The position numbers were made by a program, and so were the translations under genes. The notes below the pieces were generated by a model. The model ran no database searches and was not told the DNA's origin. It saw only the letters and a program-made list of their open reading frames with translations. A stretch of 64,000 nt of DNA from Mobula hypostoma (lineage: Eukaryota): assembly GCF_963921235.1 (NCBI RefSeq), contig NC_086101.1:8930001-8994000 (forward strand), read 5' to 3'. Shown here in pieces: positions 50,421-63,639 of the stretch; the stretch's first letter is position 1, and each line of letters begins with the position of its first letter.

Positions 50421-52935
50421 GTGTATACGTCAATGTGTATTGCTTCTTTGTTTATTGTTATTTTTATTATTGTTTTCTGTTTATATTTGCACAGTTTATT
50501 GTCTTTTACAAATTGGTTGTTTTCCGTCCTTTTGGATGTGATCTTTTATTGATTCTATTAGGTTTGTTGGATTTTTTTGACTAGTCTCAGTGGTACCATG
50601 TCATTCAGGGACTTGGGCAACACACGTGTCTGTATGTGACTGTATGTTTAATGCTTTCTTTCTGTGCTGTGTGCTCTGTATGACTGTTGGTACTGTGTTT
50701 TTCACTTTGGCCCTGGAGGAACACTGTTTTGTTTGTCTATATTCATGGATATTCATGTTGGGTTGAATGATAATTAAACTTATCCTGGAAGGATGTCAGT
50801 CCGATCCATTGAATGTTTAAATCCCTCCATAGATGCTGACTGACCAGCTGAGTCCCTCCGTCATCTTGTTCTTTTATTTCCCGCTCCAGACTATGGTGTA
50901 AAACTGTGGTGAAATATGTATATATATATATATTTTTAGCAACTATTCAATTAGCTAATGCCATGAAACTAGGGATGTGGAGACAACATTGTGTTCTGAA
51001 GAGCCAGATGCCATGGCGTTTGGACATCCAGTTGAAAGACATCATGGTTCATTGAAGCATACGGAAAAATAGGACTTAACACCCACAGTGTGGGTCCTCC
51101 ATTGACCTGGTCTTGCTGGACAGCCCGGTGCTGACAAAGATGTTGATTGATCCTGACAGACTTCCACCACACAATCAGGACCACAAGGGTATTGAAGATG
51201 ATCTTAGCTGGAAGGTAGAAGTTGTCTCAGTGTGATTGAGTCATTCAGCATAGAAACTGCTGCTGGAAGATCATCAACTTTGTGAGAGAAGAACTTTGGT
51301 CTCTACAAAAATCCCTTTGGTCTCTCAGCACAGCACGACATCCGTAAGGGAATGCTGTCGACTGGCAGAGTCCAGGCTGCCAGATTTTCAGTCTCCCTCC
51401 CAAATGAAGTGAGGAAATCGAGGATCCAGTTGCACAGGGAGGTATCAAGGCCGAGGTCTTGGAGCTTATAGATTAGTTTTGGGAGGTTGATAGCGTTGAG
51501 TGGAGATCATCCTGACGTCTGCACCTTCGCTGTCAGATGTTTCATGGCTGAGTGAAGTGCCAACGAAATGGCATCTGCTGTTGATGTGTTGTGACAGTGG
51601 GCAAACTGGACAACAGTCACTCCTCAAGGAGGAGCTGACCAACCCCTCAAAGCAATTCATCACAGTGGATGTAAGTTACTGGACAGTAGCAGGTCAGGCA
51701 GCATCAATAACCGGTCAATGTCTGGACCGAGACTCCATCAAAAATGGGGAAGGGGGAAAAAGCAAGAATATGGTCGGGGGGTGGGGGGGGGAGGGCAGCG
51801 AAGGAGTAAAAGCTGGCAGGTGACAGGTAAGACAAAATGAGATGGGCGTGTGGTTGGGGAAGGCTGTGAATATGAAGCTGGGCAGGTGGAAGTGTTAAAG
51901 GGCTGAAGAGGAGTGTGATAGGAGTGCACAGTGGACCCATCGCCCCGCCCCTAAAGGCGGTCAGACTGGAGGGTCATCCCAGCAGTGTCTCATCCTGGTT
52001 GAGCCGAATCCAACTTGACAACAATGTGCAGAATGGTCACTCCTCACCCCCTTGTGCTGCTTGATGCTGAGATATATCCTAGAATGCTCTGGAGCACGTC
52101 ATCAGTAATGTAACCTGCGGTCATCGGGTGTTTTGGGTCTTTCAGGTGACCCAGCCAAGGTCAGTCAGGCCCTGGCTTGTGTCCTTGCATCATGGGTCCA
52201 CAGTTCACACCTCTTAAACCGTGTACATCTGGAGGCTCACTCAGCAGCCTCTGAGATTGTCCTGACGGCTCTTTTCTTCGTAGCCCCCATAATTTCAAGG
52301 AGAGATTAAGTTTTGCATAGTGTGTGCCCACCTCTATAGTCTCGCATCGTTCCCTCGACCCCTGTCTCTCTACCAGCTCCTGGTATTTGGCTTTCATACG
52401 TTCAAACCAGATTTCTGTCCGGAGAGAGTGCAAAGGAAAATACAAAATAGTGCAAACAATAGTAACTGGGTGAGATCAGTGGAAACAATTTGTGGCACAG
52501 GGAATATGATCAAGAAAATGCACCAGTACCTCTTCCTCCTCAGGAGGCCAGGGAAATTTGTCATGTCCCTTCAAGTCAAGTGTATTGTTTTCTGACTGTA
52601 CATATATGCAAGCAAACAAAACATCGTTCCTCCAGACCACGGTGCACTAATATAACATATCTCAGTATATTTTTTTATTTATTTGAACAACTTATCTTCT
52701 TCTGCACATTGTCTTGTTGTCAGTCTTTGTTTATGTAGAGTTTTCCTGAATTCTATTTTTTCTTTATTTTCTTGTAAATGCCGGCCTGAAAATGAATCTC
52801 AAGGTAGTACATATAGGTATTTAAAAATAAACATTACTGAACTTTGAGTACTGGTACCGAGGACAACAGGAAGCCATCCCCAACATCCCAGCTAATGTCT
52901 ATCACAAAAACAACACCGAGCAAAAGAGTCATTTT

Positions 52936-55900
52936 AGAACATAGAACTACAGCAAATTTCAGGCCCTTTGGCCCGCCATATCGTGCCGACCGTGTAACCT
53001 ACTCTAGAAACTGCCTAGAACCTCCCTACTTCAAAATCCTCTATTCTTTCTAAGCTCCATGAACCAATCTGAGTCTCTTAAGAGACCCTATTGAATCCAC
53101 TTCCACCACCATCGCTTGCAGGGCATTCCACGCTCCCATCACCCTTATACCTACTTCCATGAACGTTAAAACGATGCCCCCTCATGTTAGCCATATCGGG
53201 CCTGGAAATAAGCCTCTGGCTATCCACATAATCAAGGCCTCTCATCATCTTATACACCTCTATCAGGTCTCCCTTCATCCTCCGTTGCTCCCAGGAGAAA
53301 AGGCCAAGTTCACTCAAGATATTCTCTTAAGACATGCTGCCCAATCCAGGCAACATCCCTGTAAATCCCCTGTGCACTCTCTCTATAGTATCTACATCCA
53401 TCTGCAGTGAGGTGACTAGAACTGCCAGAGTACACAAGTGGAATCAGACCAAGGTCTTATACAGCTGTAACATTACCTCACAGCTCTTGAACTCAGTCAC
53501 ACAGTCGATGAAGGCCAACACACCATTTGCCTTCTCAACAACACTGTCAACCAGGGCAGCAGCTTTGAGTGTCCTATGGACAGGGACCCAAGATCACTCT
53601 AATCCTCCACACCGCCAACAGTCTGTCTTCAGTTATATTCTGTCTTCAAATTTGACCTACCGAAAAGAACCACTTCACACTTATCTGGATTGAACTCCAA
53701 CTACCACTTCTCAGCCCAGTTCTGCATCCTATCGATGTCTGACTGTAACCTCTGACAACTCTGGGTCATCAGCAAACTTACATCCTTCTACATCTTCATC
53801 CAGGTAATTTATAAAAATCAAACGATCTCTGAGGAATATCACTGGTCACTGACCCCCATGTAGAATATGAACCATCTACAACGGCCCTTGGCTTCTGTGG
53901 GCAACCAATTCTGGATCCACAAAGCGAGGTCTCCTTGGATCCCATGCCTTCTTACTTTCTGAACGAGCCTTACATAGGGAACCATTAAATGCCTTACTGA
54001 AATTCATATATACTGCATACACTGCTCTACCTTCATCAATGTGTGTTGTAACTTCCACAGCGAATCCAATCAGGCTCGTATGGCATGACCTTGCTGACTA
54101 TCCCTAATCAGATGATGTCTCTCCAAATGCCCATAAATCCTACCCCTCAGGACCTTCTGCAACAATTTGCCTATGCCTGAAGTAAGACTCACCGGTGCAT
54201 AATTTCCTGGGTTATCTCTACCCCGTTTCCTGAACAGGGAAACAACATTTGCAACCCTCCAATCCTCTGACACTTCTCCCGTCCCTTTTGCTGATGCAAA
54301 GATCATCGCCAGAAGCTCAGCAATCTCCTCCCTCTCTTCCCACATTAGCCTGGGTTATACCTCATCCGGACCCGGCGACCTATCTAACTTAATGCTTTTC
54401 CAAAGCTCCAGCACATCCTCTTTCTTAATATCTATATGCTCCAGTGTTTCAGTCCACTGTAAGTCAATCCCCGCAATTGCCAAAGTCCTTTTCCCTGGGG
54501 AATATTGAAGCAAAATATTCATTAGTGCCTCCGCTACCTCCTCCAACTCCAAGCACATGTTTACACTATCGCACCTGCTTGGTCCTATTCGCACATGATT
54601 CATCCTCTTTCTCTTCATGTTCTTGTAGAATGCCTTGTGGTTTTCCTTAATCTGCTCACCAAGCACTTCACATGGCCGCTTCTCGCTGTCCGAGTTTCAA
54701 TAAACTCCTTCCTGGCAATCATGTAATTTTCTGGAGCTCTAACAGTACCTAGTTTTTTGAACCTTTCGTAAGATTTTCTTTTCTTCTTAACTAGGTTTTC
54801 TACATCCTTTGTACAACAATTTTTTTTACTCTACCTCAATGGAGCAGACCTATCCAGAACACCTGACATTTGTGCTGTGCATTTCCCTGAGAACATCTGC
54901 TCCCACTTTATGTGCCCAAGTTTCTGCTTAATAGCACCTTATTTCCACCTAGCGCAATGAAATGTTTTCCCAAATAGTTTGCTCCTAAGCCACTCCAGCG
55001 TATGGTAAAGGAGATAGAGTTGTGATCACCACCTCCAAAATGTTCTCCCACTGAGAGACCTGACCCCTGACCGGGTTCATTTCCCAGTACCAGATCAAGT
55101 CCAGCCGCTCCTCTAGTTGGCTTATCTACATATGCATTAAGAAAACTTCCTGAGCACACCTGACAAACTGCACCACATCCAAACCCCTTGCTCGAAGGAG
55201 ATGCAAGTCAATATTAGAAAAGTTAAAATCACCCATCATAAAAATCCTGTTATTATTGCACCGTTCCACAATTTGCCTCCCTGTCTGCTCCTCGATGTCT
55301 CTGTTACAATTGGGGGATTTATTAAAACACGCCGTGCAGTTATTGCCCCCTTCCTGTTTCTGACTTTCATCCACAATAACTCAAGAGACAATCCCTCCAT
55401 GACCTCATTTTCCGCAGCCGTGATACTATCTCTGATTAGCAATGCCATGCTCCCACCTCTTTTTGCCTCCCTCTCTGTTCTTTTTGAAACATCTAAAGCC
55501 TAGCACACTCAGAAGTCATTCCTGATCCTGAGACATCCAAGTCTCTGTAATGGCCACAATGTCATAGTTCCAAATATTGATCCATGCTCTAAGTTCATCT
55601 GTCTTGTTTATGGCACTCCTTTCATTAAATTAGACATATCTCAGTCCATCTGGCTGAGTATATCTTTGCTCTGTCGTCTGTCTATCCTTCCTCACAGACT
55701 CCCTACAGTCTGTCTCTACTTGTGTGCCAACCACCCCATCCTCTGCCTCTTCACTTCAGTTCCCAATCCTCTGCAAATCTAGTTTAAACCCTCACTAATA
55801 GCATTAGCAAACCTCTCTTGCAGGATATTGGTTCCCCTCCAGTACAGGTGCAACCTGCCCCACTTGTACAGGTCACCCCTTCCCCAGGAATGGTTCCAAT

Positions 55901-56900
55901 GATCCAAGAACTTGAAACCCTGCCTCCTGCCCCATCTCCTCAGCCACTCATTCATCTGTGCTATCTCCTTGTTCGAGCTCGTTGCACCGGGAGTAATCAC
56001 CTTGGAAGCCTTGTGTTCAGCATCTTCCTAACTGCCTCAACAAATTGCGCAAGACGTCTACTCCTCTTCTGTCTGTCATTGGTACTTATATGTACTATGA
56101 CCTCTGGCTTCTCACCAACCCACACCCACTCAAGAATATTCTGCAATCGCTCAGAGACATGCTCGACCTTAGCACCCAGGAGGCAACAGACTATCCTGGT
56201 GTCTCTTTTGCTTCTGCAGAATCTCCGATCTGTCCCCCGACCTATCGAGTATCATGTCAATTGCTCCGTTCGACTTCACCCTTCTGAGTCTCAAAGCTGA
56301 CCAATGTGCTATTGGTCTGACCGCTGCTGCCTTGTCCAGATAGGTTCTCCCCCTCAGCAGATACCAAAGGGGTATACCTGTTGCTGGGGGGAATGGCCGC
56401 AGGGAGGCCCTGCACTGACTTTTCTCCCTTTACCTCTGTAAATGATCACCCATCTATTCCCTGAATTTTGTACTCTGGGTGTAACCACCAGCTCAAAAGT
56501 CTTATCTATCAATTGCTCTGCCTCCCGGATGTTCCTTAGTTCATCTGACTCCAGCTCCAGCTCCTTAATGTGGTCTTTCAGGAGCTGGAGTTGGCTGCAC
56601 TTCCTGCAAGTGTAGTCGTCAGGGAGACAATCAGGTGCCATGGATTCCCACATCCCACAGGAGGTACATTCCACTGCCATACAACCAAGACCAAATCGGC
56701 AATAACAAAAGGAAAAACCTACCCTTCTTTCCTGTTTCTTTGGCCTCAGCCTCTTCTCATCGAAGGCCTTGAGTCAAAGACTCTAAGTTTCCAGGCTGAC
56801 ACGAGCCCCCAGTCCGACGATGGCCGCTCCGCTAGACCCTATCTTTCTTTTATTGTTGAACAGATAAGAAAAATCCCACACAAGGAGAAATAACTCAACG
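52936..56900 (-). mobile_element. Near full-length, older and highly degenerate CR1 LINE
   Basis: ORF1 56354..56680 (CTSCGMW..CRKC), esterase end 55779..56000, APE pieces 54908..55448, RT pieces 53078..54666. Confidence 0.9.
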
Positions 56901-57189
56901 TGTTTGGTGGTGCTCATCCTGCCTTCCACTGGAGTGGAAGCGTCCAATTTTTTGAGAAACTCAGGTAAATGTAAATACTCCCAGCCCCTTTCCCAATCGC
57001 AACTTCACAAACGATTCGCTACCGTCGACCGCTTCAACACAGAACAGAAACTTTTGGCTGCTAGCAGCGTGTTTTGTATGAACACAAGAGATTCTGCAGA
57101 TACTGTAAATCCAGAGTAACACTCACCAAATACTGGAGGAAATCAGCAGGTGAGGCAATATCTATGGAGACAAATAAGGAGTCGACTTT

Positions 57190-57815
57190 TTTAAGATTAT
57201 GAAGACACGCAGTCCTCTTATTGTCATTTAGTAATGCATGCATTAAGAAATTATACAATATTTGCTCCGGTGTAATATCACAAAACGCAGGACAGACCGC
57301 GACTGAAAAAACTAACACAACCTCATAATTATAACATATAGTTACAACGGTGCAACGATACCATAACTTGATGAAGAAGTCCTTGAGCACAGTAAAAAGT
57401 TCTAAGTCTCTCAAATGTACCACATCTCACGCAGACGGGAGAAGGAAGAAAAACTCTCCCTGCCATGCCGACCACAGTCCGACTCTGAGTCGTCCTAAAA
57501 ACTTCGAGCCTCCGATCAGCTCTCCGACACCGAGTACCGAGTACCATCTCTATTCGAACGATTCGACCTCAATCTCGGTCGCCAACAGCAGGCAAAGCCG
57601 GGGATTTCGAGGCCTTCCCTCGGGAGAATTCTCGATCGCGCAGTAACAACGGTAGCGAAACCTGCGTTTCAGAAATTTCTGCAGATGTTCCTCTGTACTT
57701 TCACGTCTGTCTCCATGAAATCAGAATTGTCCATGGCCCCTATTTAACAGATACGATACCATTTTTCACCGGAGAGCTGCGCACGCGCGGCGTGCTGCTC
57801 TCTCTCCTCCCGCCA
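57190..57815 (-). mobile_element. Non-coding interspersed repeat (probable non-autonomous LINE derivative)
   Basis: CpG-rich 5' end and AT-rich 3' end, interrupting a Penelope pLTR remnant at gagtcgac|tttt. Family not identified. Confidence 0.4.
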
Positions 57816-58072
57816 AATTCCAAGACTCTTCATGTAGATTGTAGATTCTTTATTCCTCTCCATAGATGCCGCCTTATCTTGTTATGCATGTACAGGTCGG
57901 TTGTGTGTACGTGTCCAAATGTCTTTTCACTAGAACACACAACATTGAACATAAATATCACCAATGATGCAGTGCTGGCCCTTTAGCCTGCTCTGTGATA
58001 AACATAACCCCTCCCTTCCACGTTGCTCTCAATTTTTCTTTCATCCACCTGCTTGTCTGAGTATCTTAAATG

Positions 58073-59292
58073 AGTATCTGCTCTCAGGATGAGGCTTTTC
58101 ATTCCAGGACGAGGGAGATGTCCTCCTTTTTTAAAGAAAGGGGCTCCCCTTCCTCCACTATCAACTCTGCTCTTAAACGCATCTCCCCCATTTCACGTAC
58201 ATCTGCTCTCACTCCATCCTCCCGCCACTCCACTAGGAATAGGGTTCCCCTGGTCCTCACCTACCACCCCACCAGCCTCTGGGTCCAACATATTATTCTC
58301 CGTAACTTCCGCCACCTCCAACGGGATCCCACCACTAAGCACATCTTTCCAATTCCCCTCCCCTGCTTTCCGCAGGGATCGCTCCCTACGCGACTCCCTT
58401 GTCCATTCGTCCCCCGCCATCCCTCCCCACTGATCTCCCTCCTGGCACTTGCCCTTGTAAGTGGAACAAGTGCTACACATGCCCTTACACTTCCTCCTTT
58501 ACCACCATTCAGGGCTCCAGACAGTCCTTCCAGGTGAGGCGACACTTCACCTGTGAGTCGGCTGGGGTGATATACTGCGTCCAGTGCTCCCGATGTGGCC
58601 TTCTATATATTGACGAGACCCGACGCAGACTGGGAGACCGCTTTGCTGAACACCTACGCTCTGTCCGCCAGAGAAAGCAGGATCTCCCAGTGGCCACCCA
58701 TTTTAATTCCACATCCCATTCCCAGTCTGACATGTCCATCCACGGCCTCCTCTACTGTAAAGATGAAGCCACACTCAGGTTGGAGGAACAACACCTTATA
58801 TTCCGTCTGGGTAGCCTCCAACCTGATGGCATGAACATCGACTTCTCTAACTTCCGCTAATGCCCCACTTCCCCCTCGTACCCCATCCGTTATTTATTTA
58901 TATACACACACTCTTTCTGTCTCTCTCTCCCTTTTCTCCCTCTGTCCCTCTGACTATTCCCCTTGCCCATCCTCTGGGTTTCCCCCCACCCTTGTCTTTC
59001 TCCCCGGACCTCCTATCCCATGATCCTCTCATATCCCCTTTGCCAATCACCTGTCCAGCTCTTGGCTCCATCCCTCCCCCTCCTGTCTTCTCCTATCATT
59101 TTGGATCTCCCCCTCCCCCTCTCACTTTCAAATCTCTTACTAACTCTTCCTTCAGTTAGTCCTGACGAAGGGTCTCGGGCTGAAACGTCGACTGTACCTC
59201 TTCCTAGAGATGCTGCCTGGCCTGCCGCGTTCACCAGCAACTTTGATGTGTGTTGCTTGAATTTCCAGCATCTGCAGAATTCCTGTTGTTAC
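58073..59292 (+). mobile_element. Penelope-like element, 5'-truncated, with open GIY-YIG domain and pLTR
   Basis: ORF 58399..58860 (GVIYCVQCSRCGLLYIDETRRRLGDRFAEH..EEQHLIFRLGSLQPDGMN). Perfect 12-bp TSD gtatcttaaatg at 58061-58072 and 59293-59304. Confidence 0.95.
59157..59194 (+). ncRNA. Minimal hammerhead ribozyme motif in Penelope pLTR
   Basis: tagtc-CTGACGA-agggtctcgggct-GAAA-CGTC-gactg with a GUC cleavage triplet at 59187-59189. Stem II has a mismatch. Confidence 0.65.
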
Positions 59293-61702
59293 GTATCTTA
59301 AATGCCCCGAATGTATCTGCCTCTACTACCACACTTGCAGAGCGTTCCTCGCACCCACCAATCTGTGTAAAACTCTGTATGGAACATCCCCGCTATACTG
59401 TTCTCCAATCTCCTTAAAGTTATGCCCCCTCTTATTAGTTGTTGCCGCACTGGGAAATACTTCCTAGGGCTTATGCTGACCACCCAATGTGTGAAAATGT
59501 TATCCCTCAGACTCCTGTTAGATCTTTCCCTCTCACTTTAAACCGATTAGTTCTTCAGTCCCCAATCCTGGCAAAGAGGTCTGGGCAATTATTCTGAGAA
59601 CAAGGGTTCGAAAAAAATCACAGCTGACTTTGGATGTAACTTCAAATGTCACATAAATATAGCCTTAAAGTAAATACTTGCAAAATTAGGTCAATTGGTT
59701 TCATAGGACGACAAGATTACGAATGAGAAGGCGACGGGATAGAAGTACAGTCGTGTGTTATCAGACTTAACCCACACAAGAAGCTGTAAGGATTAACAAC
59801 TAGAATGCCATGTTATTTGGTGAGACAGAGGACAAGAGAAAAATAGATTAGCCATATGCATGGGGGTGGGAGAGACTGATGAGTCATATCTCTTCTGAAA
59901 CAGACTGTTGGCTAACAAGGAAACCCAACCGAGAGCAAAAGCTACAAACAGAACCTATGGCAGGTCGCCCCCTGGAGGAGAGATTACAAACTACAGGAAC
60001 ATCTCCACAGCCGAGTGATGGAGGCTTGGCTCCAATTCCGGGCACCACACTTTAGGAAGACAGGATTTCCCAGTGTGGGTCAAGAATTCGAATCAGAATC
60101 AGGTTTATTATCACCAACGTATGTTGTGAAATTTATTGTTCTGCGACAGCAGGAGAGTACAGTGTATTATTTTACTGTATGTTACAATAAGAAAATAAAT
60201 ACGTTGTAGAGACTGTTGATGGTCCATTCAGAAATCTGACAACACATTGACGAATCCAAACCAGACAGTGATGGAACGGTTCTGAACGCCTTCTACTGTA
60301 CATCTGTAGAAGTTGGCTTGAGTGAGGGATTGTGTTTGCGTGTATGACGGGGGTGGGGGAGACGAGGGTGAAGAGGGCTGCCCTCCAAGCGACGAAAGAT
60401 CAAGTGAAGTCCTGCCGAGTTTATTCTCGTGTGTACAATGCACCGTTACAGTCTGGAGACACGAGAGGCTGCAGATGCAGGAATCCAGAGCAACACACGG
60501 AATGCTGGAGGAAAGTCAGCGGGTCAGGCGGTGTCTGTGAAGGGAAACAGACAGAACTCAAGCCGTTCTGTTCAGAGGAAGGGTCTCAAGGGGAAAAGTT
60601 GATTGTCCCTCTCCCTCTATAGATGCTGCCTGACCACTGCCCTGGTGAGAAACAAACCACGCACCCCGCCCCCCCCCCCACCTCCTCGCCAGCAGCTCGG
60701 GTGTTGCAATGAAAAACTTGCCTGCAGCATCACAGGCTCAGACAATGGCAGGAAACTACATCCATTATACAAGGCAGTGCAGAGAGTGTGCTAGAAAGGA
60801 TGAGGGGAGAGTGAACGGAGGAGTTTCACATCATGAACGGTTTAACAGAGGGTAGTTTCCAGTAGAAGATCAGGCAGTAAATGGTTTAATGAGGGGAAGA
60901 TGGTGGAAGCAAAACAAATGTCTTTTTTTTGCATCTGTAATTCTCGGTCAGATGGAACTCTGTCAATGGGATCTGATCAGGTAACTCTTGTGGGACTGTG
61001 GTGGGGAAGAAGCTGGGGACTGTAACTGAGTAATCAGTATCTTCCCGATTGGGTGGAAGAGAAGGTTGTCTCTCACCACACTCCTGGACAGTATTCCTGT
61101 CTCAGATGGAAATGCTGGGTGTCACAGTGCAGTTAGTGGGATCTTCTTCAGGAGCAAAAATTAAATTGCTGAGAGAACTCAGTGGGTCGGGCGGTATCAG
61201 TGGAGACAAGGAGGTGGCCAAGATCATGATTCGGGAAGAAATTAGGCTGCACTGCTGGATTCCAGCAGCAAAGTACATTTCTTATCAAAGTATGTTGTAG
61301 TGTACGACCCTGGGGTCCAACTTCCCGCATGCAGTCAGGAAACGAAAAAACACCATGAAATATGTTCAAGGAAAACAAACGACCAAGATGCGAAAGAAAG
61401 AAATCATGGAAACAGAAAAAAAACAAATAACACACAGAATATTAAACATCAAACCACAGAGTCTAGGAATGTTCGGTGTATTTCAGTTCTGTTCAATTTA
61501 GCACAGTGCCATCATTGACTGCAGGCACAGAGACAGTCTACATCGTAGTGCCCTGGTCTAAATTGCTCAAAATATCAATTTGAAAAACAAAGAGCTAAAA
61601 ACTAGAAACACAAACATGAATACCAGAGTCCTCTATAAATGAGTCCAATCCACAAGCCACGTCAGTCAAACAATGCCTGAGACACAAGACTCTGCACCTT
61701 CA

Positions 61703-62050
61703 TAGAACATAGAAATTTACAGCATGTTACAGGCCCTTTGGCCCACAATGTTGTGCCAACCATGTAACCTTCTCTAGAAACTGCCTAGGATTTTCCCAGC
61801 GCATAGCCCTGTATTTTTCTGAGCTCCATGTACCTATCCAAGAGGCTCTTAACAGACCCTACTGTATCTGCTTCCACCACCACTGCCAGCAGTTCATTTC
61901 ATGCACCCACCACTCTCTGTGTGAAAAACTTACCCCTAACATCCCCTTGGTACCTATTTCCAAACATCTTAAAACTATGCCCCTCATGTTAGCCATTTCA
62001 GCCCTGGGAAAATGCCTCAGGCTATCCACATAATCAATGTTCCTCATCAT
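61703..62050 (-). mobile_element. CR1 3' fragment
   Basis: (catagaa)n tail and 3' UTR matching 52936-53250. Confidence 0.75.
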
Positions 62051-62284
62051 GCCCGCAGCAGCTAGCGAGAGAGAGGGAAACCAGTCAAACGCAGGCAGAC
62101 AGCGCTGAACACCCGCTCACCTTCCCCTTGTCCTCTCAACACGTGTTCAGGCTCCGTCATTAGGCCGCAGACTCCATCCTCAACAGTTGGATTCGGGGAA
62201 TCAACAACAGTGAAAAAGAGAAAGAAAAATGTGAAAAACTTCGCTCTAATGCCACGTGTAAATGACATATGAAAACATTCAGTG

Positions 62285-63160
62285 AAATGTGTGGCCACTG
62301 GGAGATCCTGCTTTCTCTGGCAGACAGAGCGTAGGTGTTCAGCAAAACGGTCTCCCAGCCTGCGTCGGGTCTCGCCAATATATAGAAGGCCACACCGGGA
62401 GCACCGGACGCATTATATCACCCCAGCCGACTCACAGGTGAAGTGTCGCCTCACCTGGAAGGTCTGTCTGGGGCCCGGAATGGTGGTGAGGGAGGAAGTG
62501 TAAGGGCATATGTAGCACTTGTTCAGCTTACAAGGATAAGTGCCGGGAGGGAGATCGGTGGGAAGGTATGGGGGAAATGAATGGACAAGGGTGTCACATA
62601 GGGAGCGATCCCTGCGGAAAGCAGAAGGAGGTGGTGGGGAGGGAAAGATGTGCTTGGTGGTGGGATCCTGTTGGAGGTGGCAGAAGTTGCGGAGAATTAT
62701 ATGTTGGACGCGGAGGCTGGTGGGATGGTAGGTAAGGACAAGGGGAACCCTATTGCTAGTGGGGTGGTGAGAGGATGGTGTGAGAGCAGATGTGCTTGAA
62801 ATGGGAGAGATGCGTTTGAGAGAGATGGTGGAGGAAGGGAAGCCTCTTTCTTTAAAAAAGGAAGACATCTCTTTGGTCCTGGAATGATTGACTTCCCTAA
62901 CTTCTGTTAATGCCCCTCCTGCCCTTCACATCCCATCCCTTATTTATTTAATATATTTTTTAAAATTCCCCTTTTTTTCTCTCTCTCTTTTCTCCCTCTG
63001 TCCCTCTCTCAATAACTCCTTGCCTGCTTTCCACCCTCCCCACTTCTCTCTCTCCCCAGGCTTCCCATCCCATGATCCTCTCCCTTCTCCAGTCTGGTTT
63101 CCCTTTTGCCAATCAACTATCCAGCTGTTAGATCCATCCCTCCCCTCCTGTCTTCTCCTA
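62285..63160. mobile_element. Penelope-like element with internal inversion (minus 62285-62887, plus 62888-63160)
   Basis: ORF 62413..62868 matches 58070-58580. The adjacent plus-strand part matches 58838-59100. Confidence 0.85.
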
Positions 63161-63637
63161 CACCAATATCACTGAATCAGTGGGAGCCCTGGGCTTGTTT
63201 TCCTGCAACAAGACGGTCCCATCGAGCGGTGATGGGAGACAGCGATACTCGAAGGGGTATGTCCAGTCTATTCCGCAATTTAGTTTTCGTTGCATTCATT
63301 GCAGAAAACTCCACTTCGTAGCAACATGATGTTGGAAATGGAAGCAACGTTTTCAGTGCTTTCGTGGCTATCTCAGGATATTTAGCCTTGACTTTGATCC
63401 AGAATGCCGGCAGAGATGTTATGTCAAACATACTTTTCAGCCCGCCGTCATTTGCAAGCTCAAGGAGTTGATCTCCTTCCCGCGCTGACATGGATGATTC
63501 ACTGGGGACATTCACAAATAGGTCACGGACCCATTCCTTTGCACATCTTGGGTCACTGATAACCTCGCGTGCGTTAAATTTCAACAGTGGGCGTGACAGG
63601 GAATAAGGAAAGGTGCAGCTGTGGTTGGGGACCACTG
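63160..63637 (-). mobile_element. hAT-Charlie transposon fragment (same family as 1330-2728)
   Basis: ORF 63177..63698 closely resembles 2260..2679, and the TIR ggttggggaccactg lies at ~63623-63637. Confidence 0.9.
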
Positions 63638-63639
63638 CG

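Noticed and set aside
51250..51385. Possible Tx1/L1-type LINE C-terminal remnant (CCWKIIN..LWS)
   Set aside because: Too short and degenerate to call with confidence.
52048..52078. Minus-strand 31-nt exon candidate
   Set aside because: The acceptor is weak (no pyrimidine tract) and it would break the phase of the proposed exon chain.
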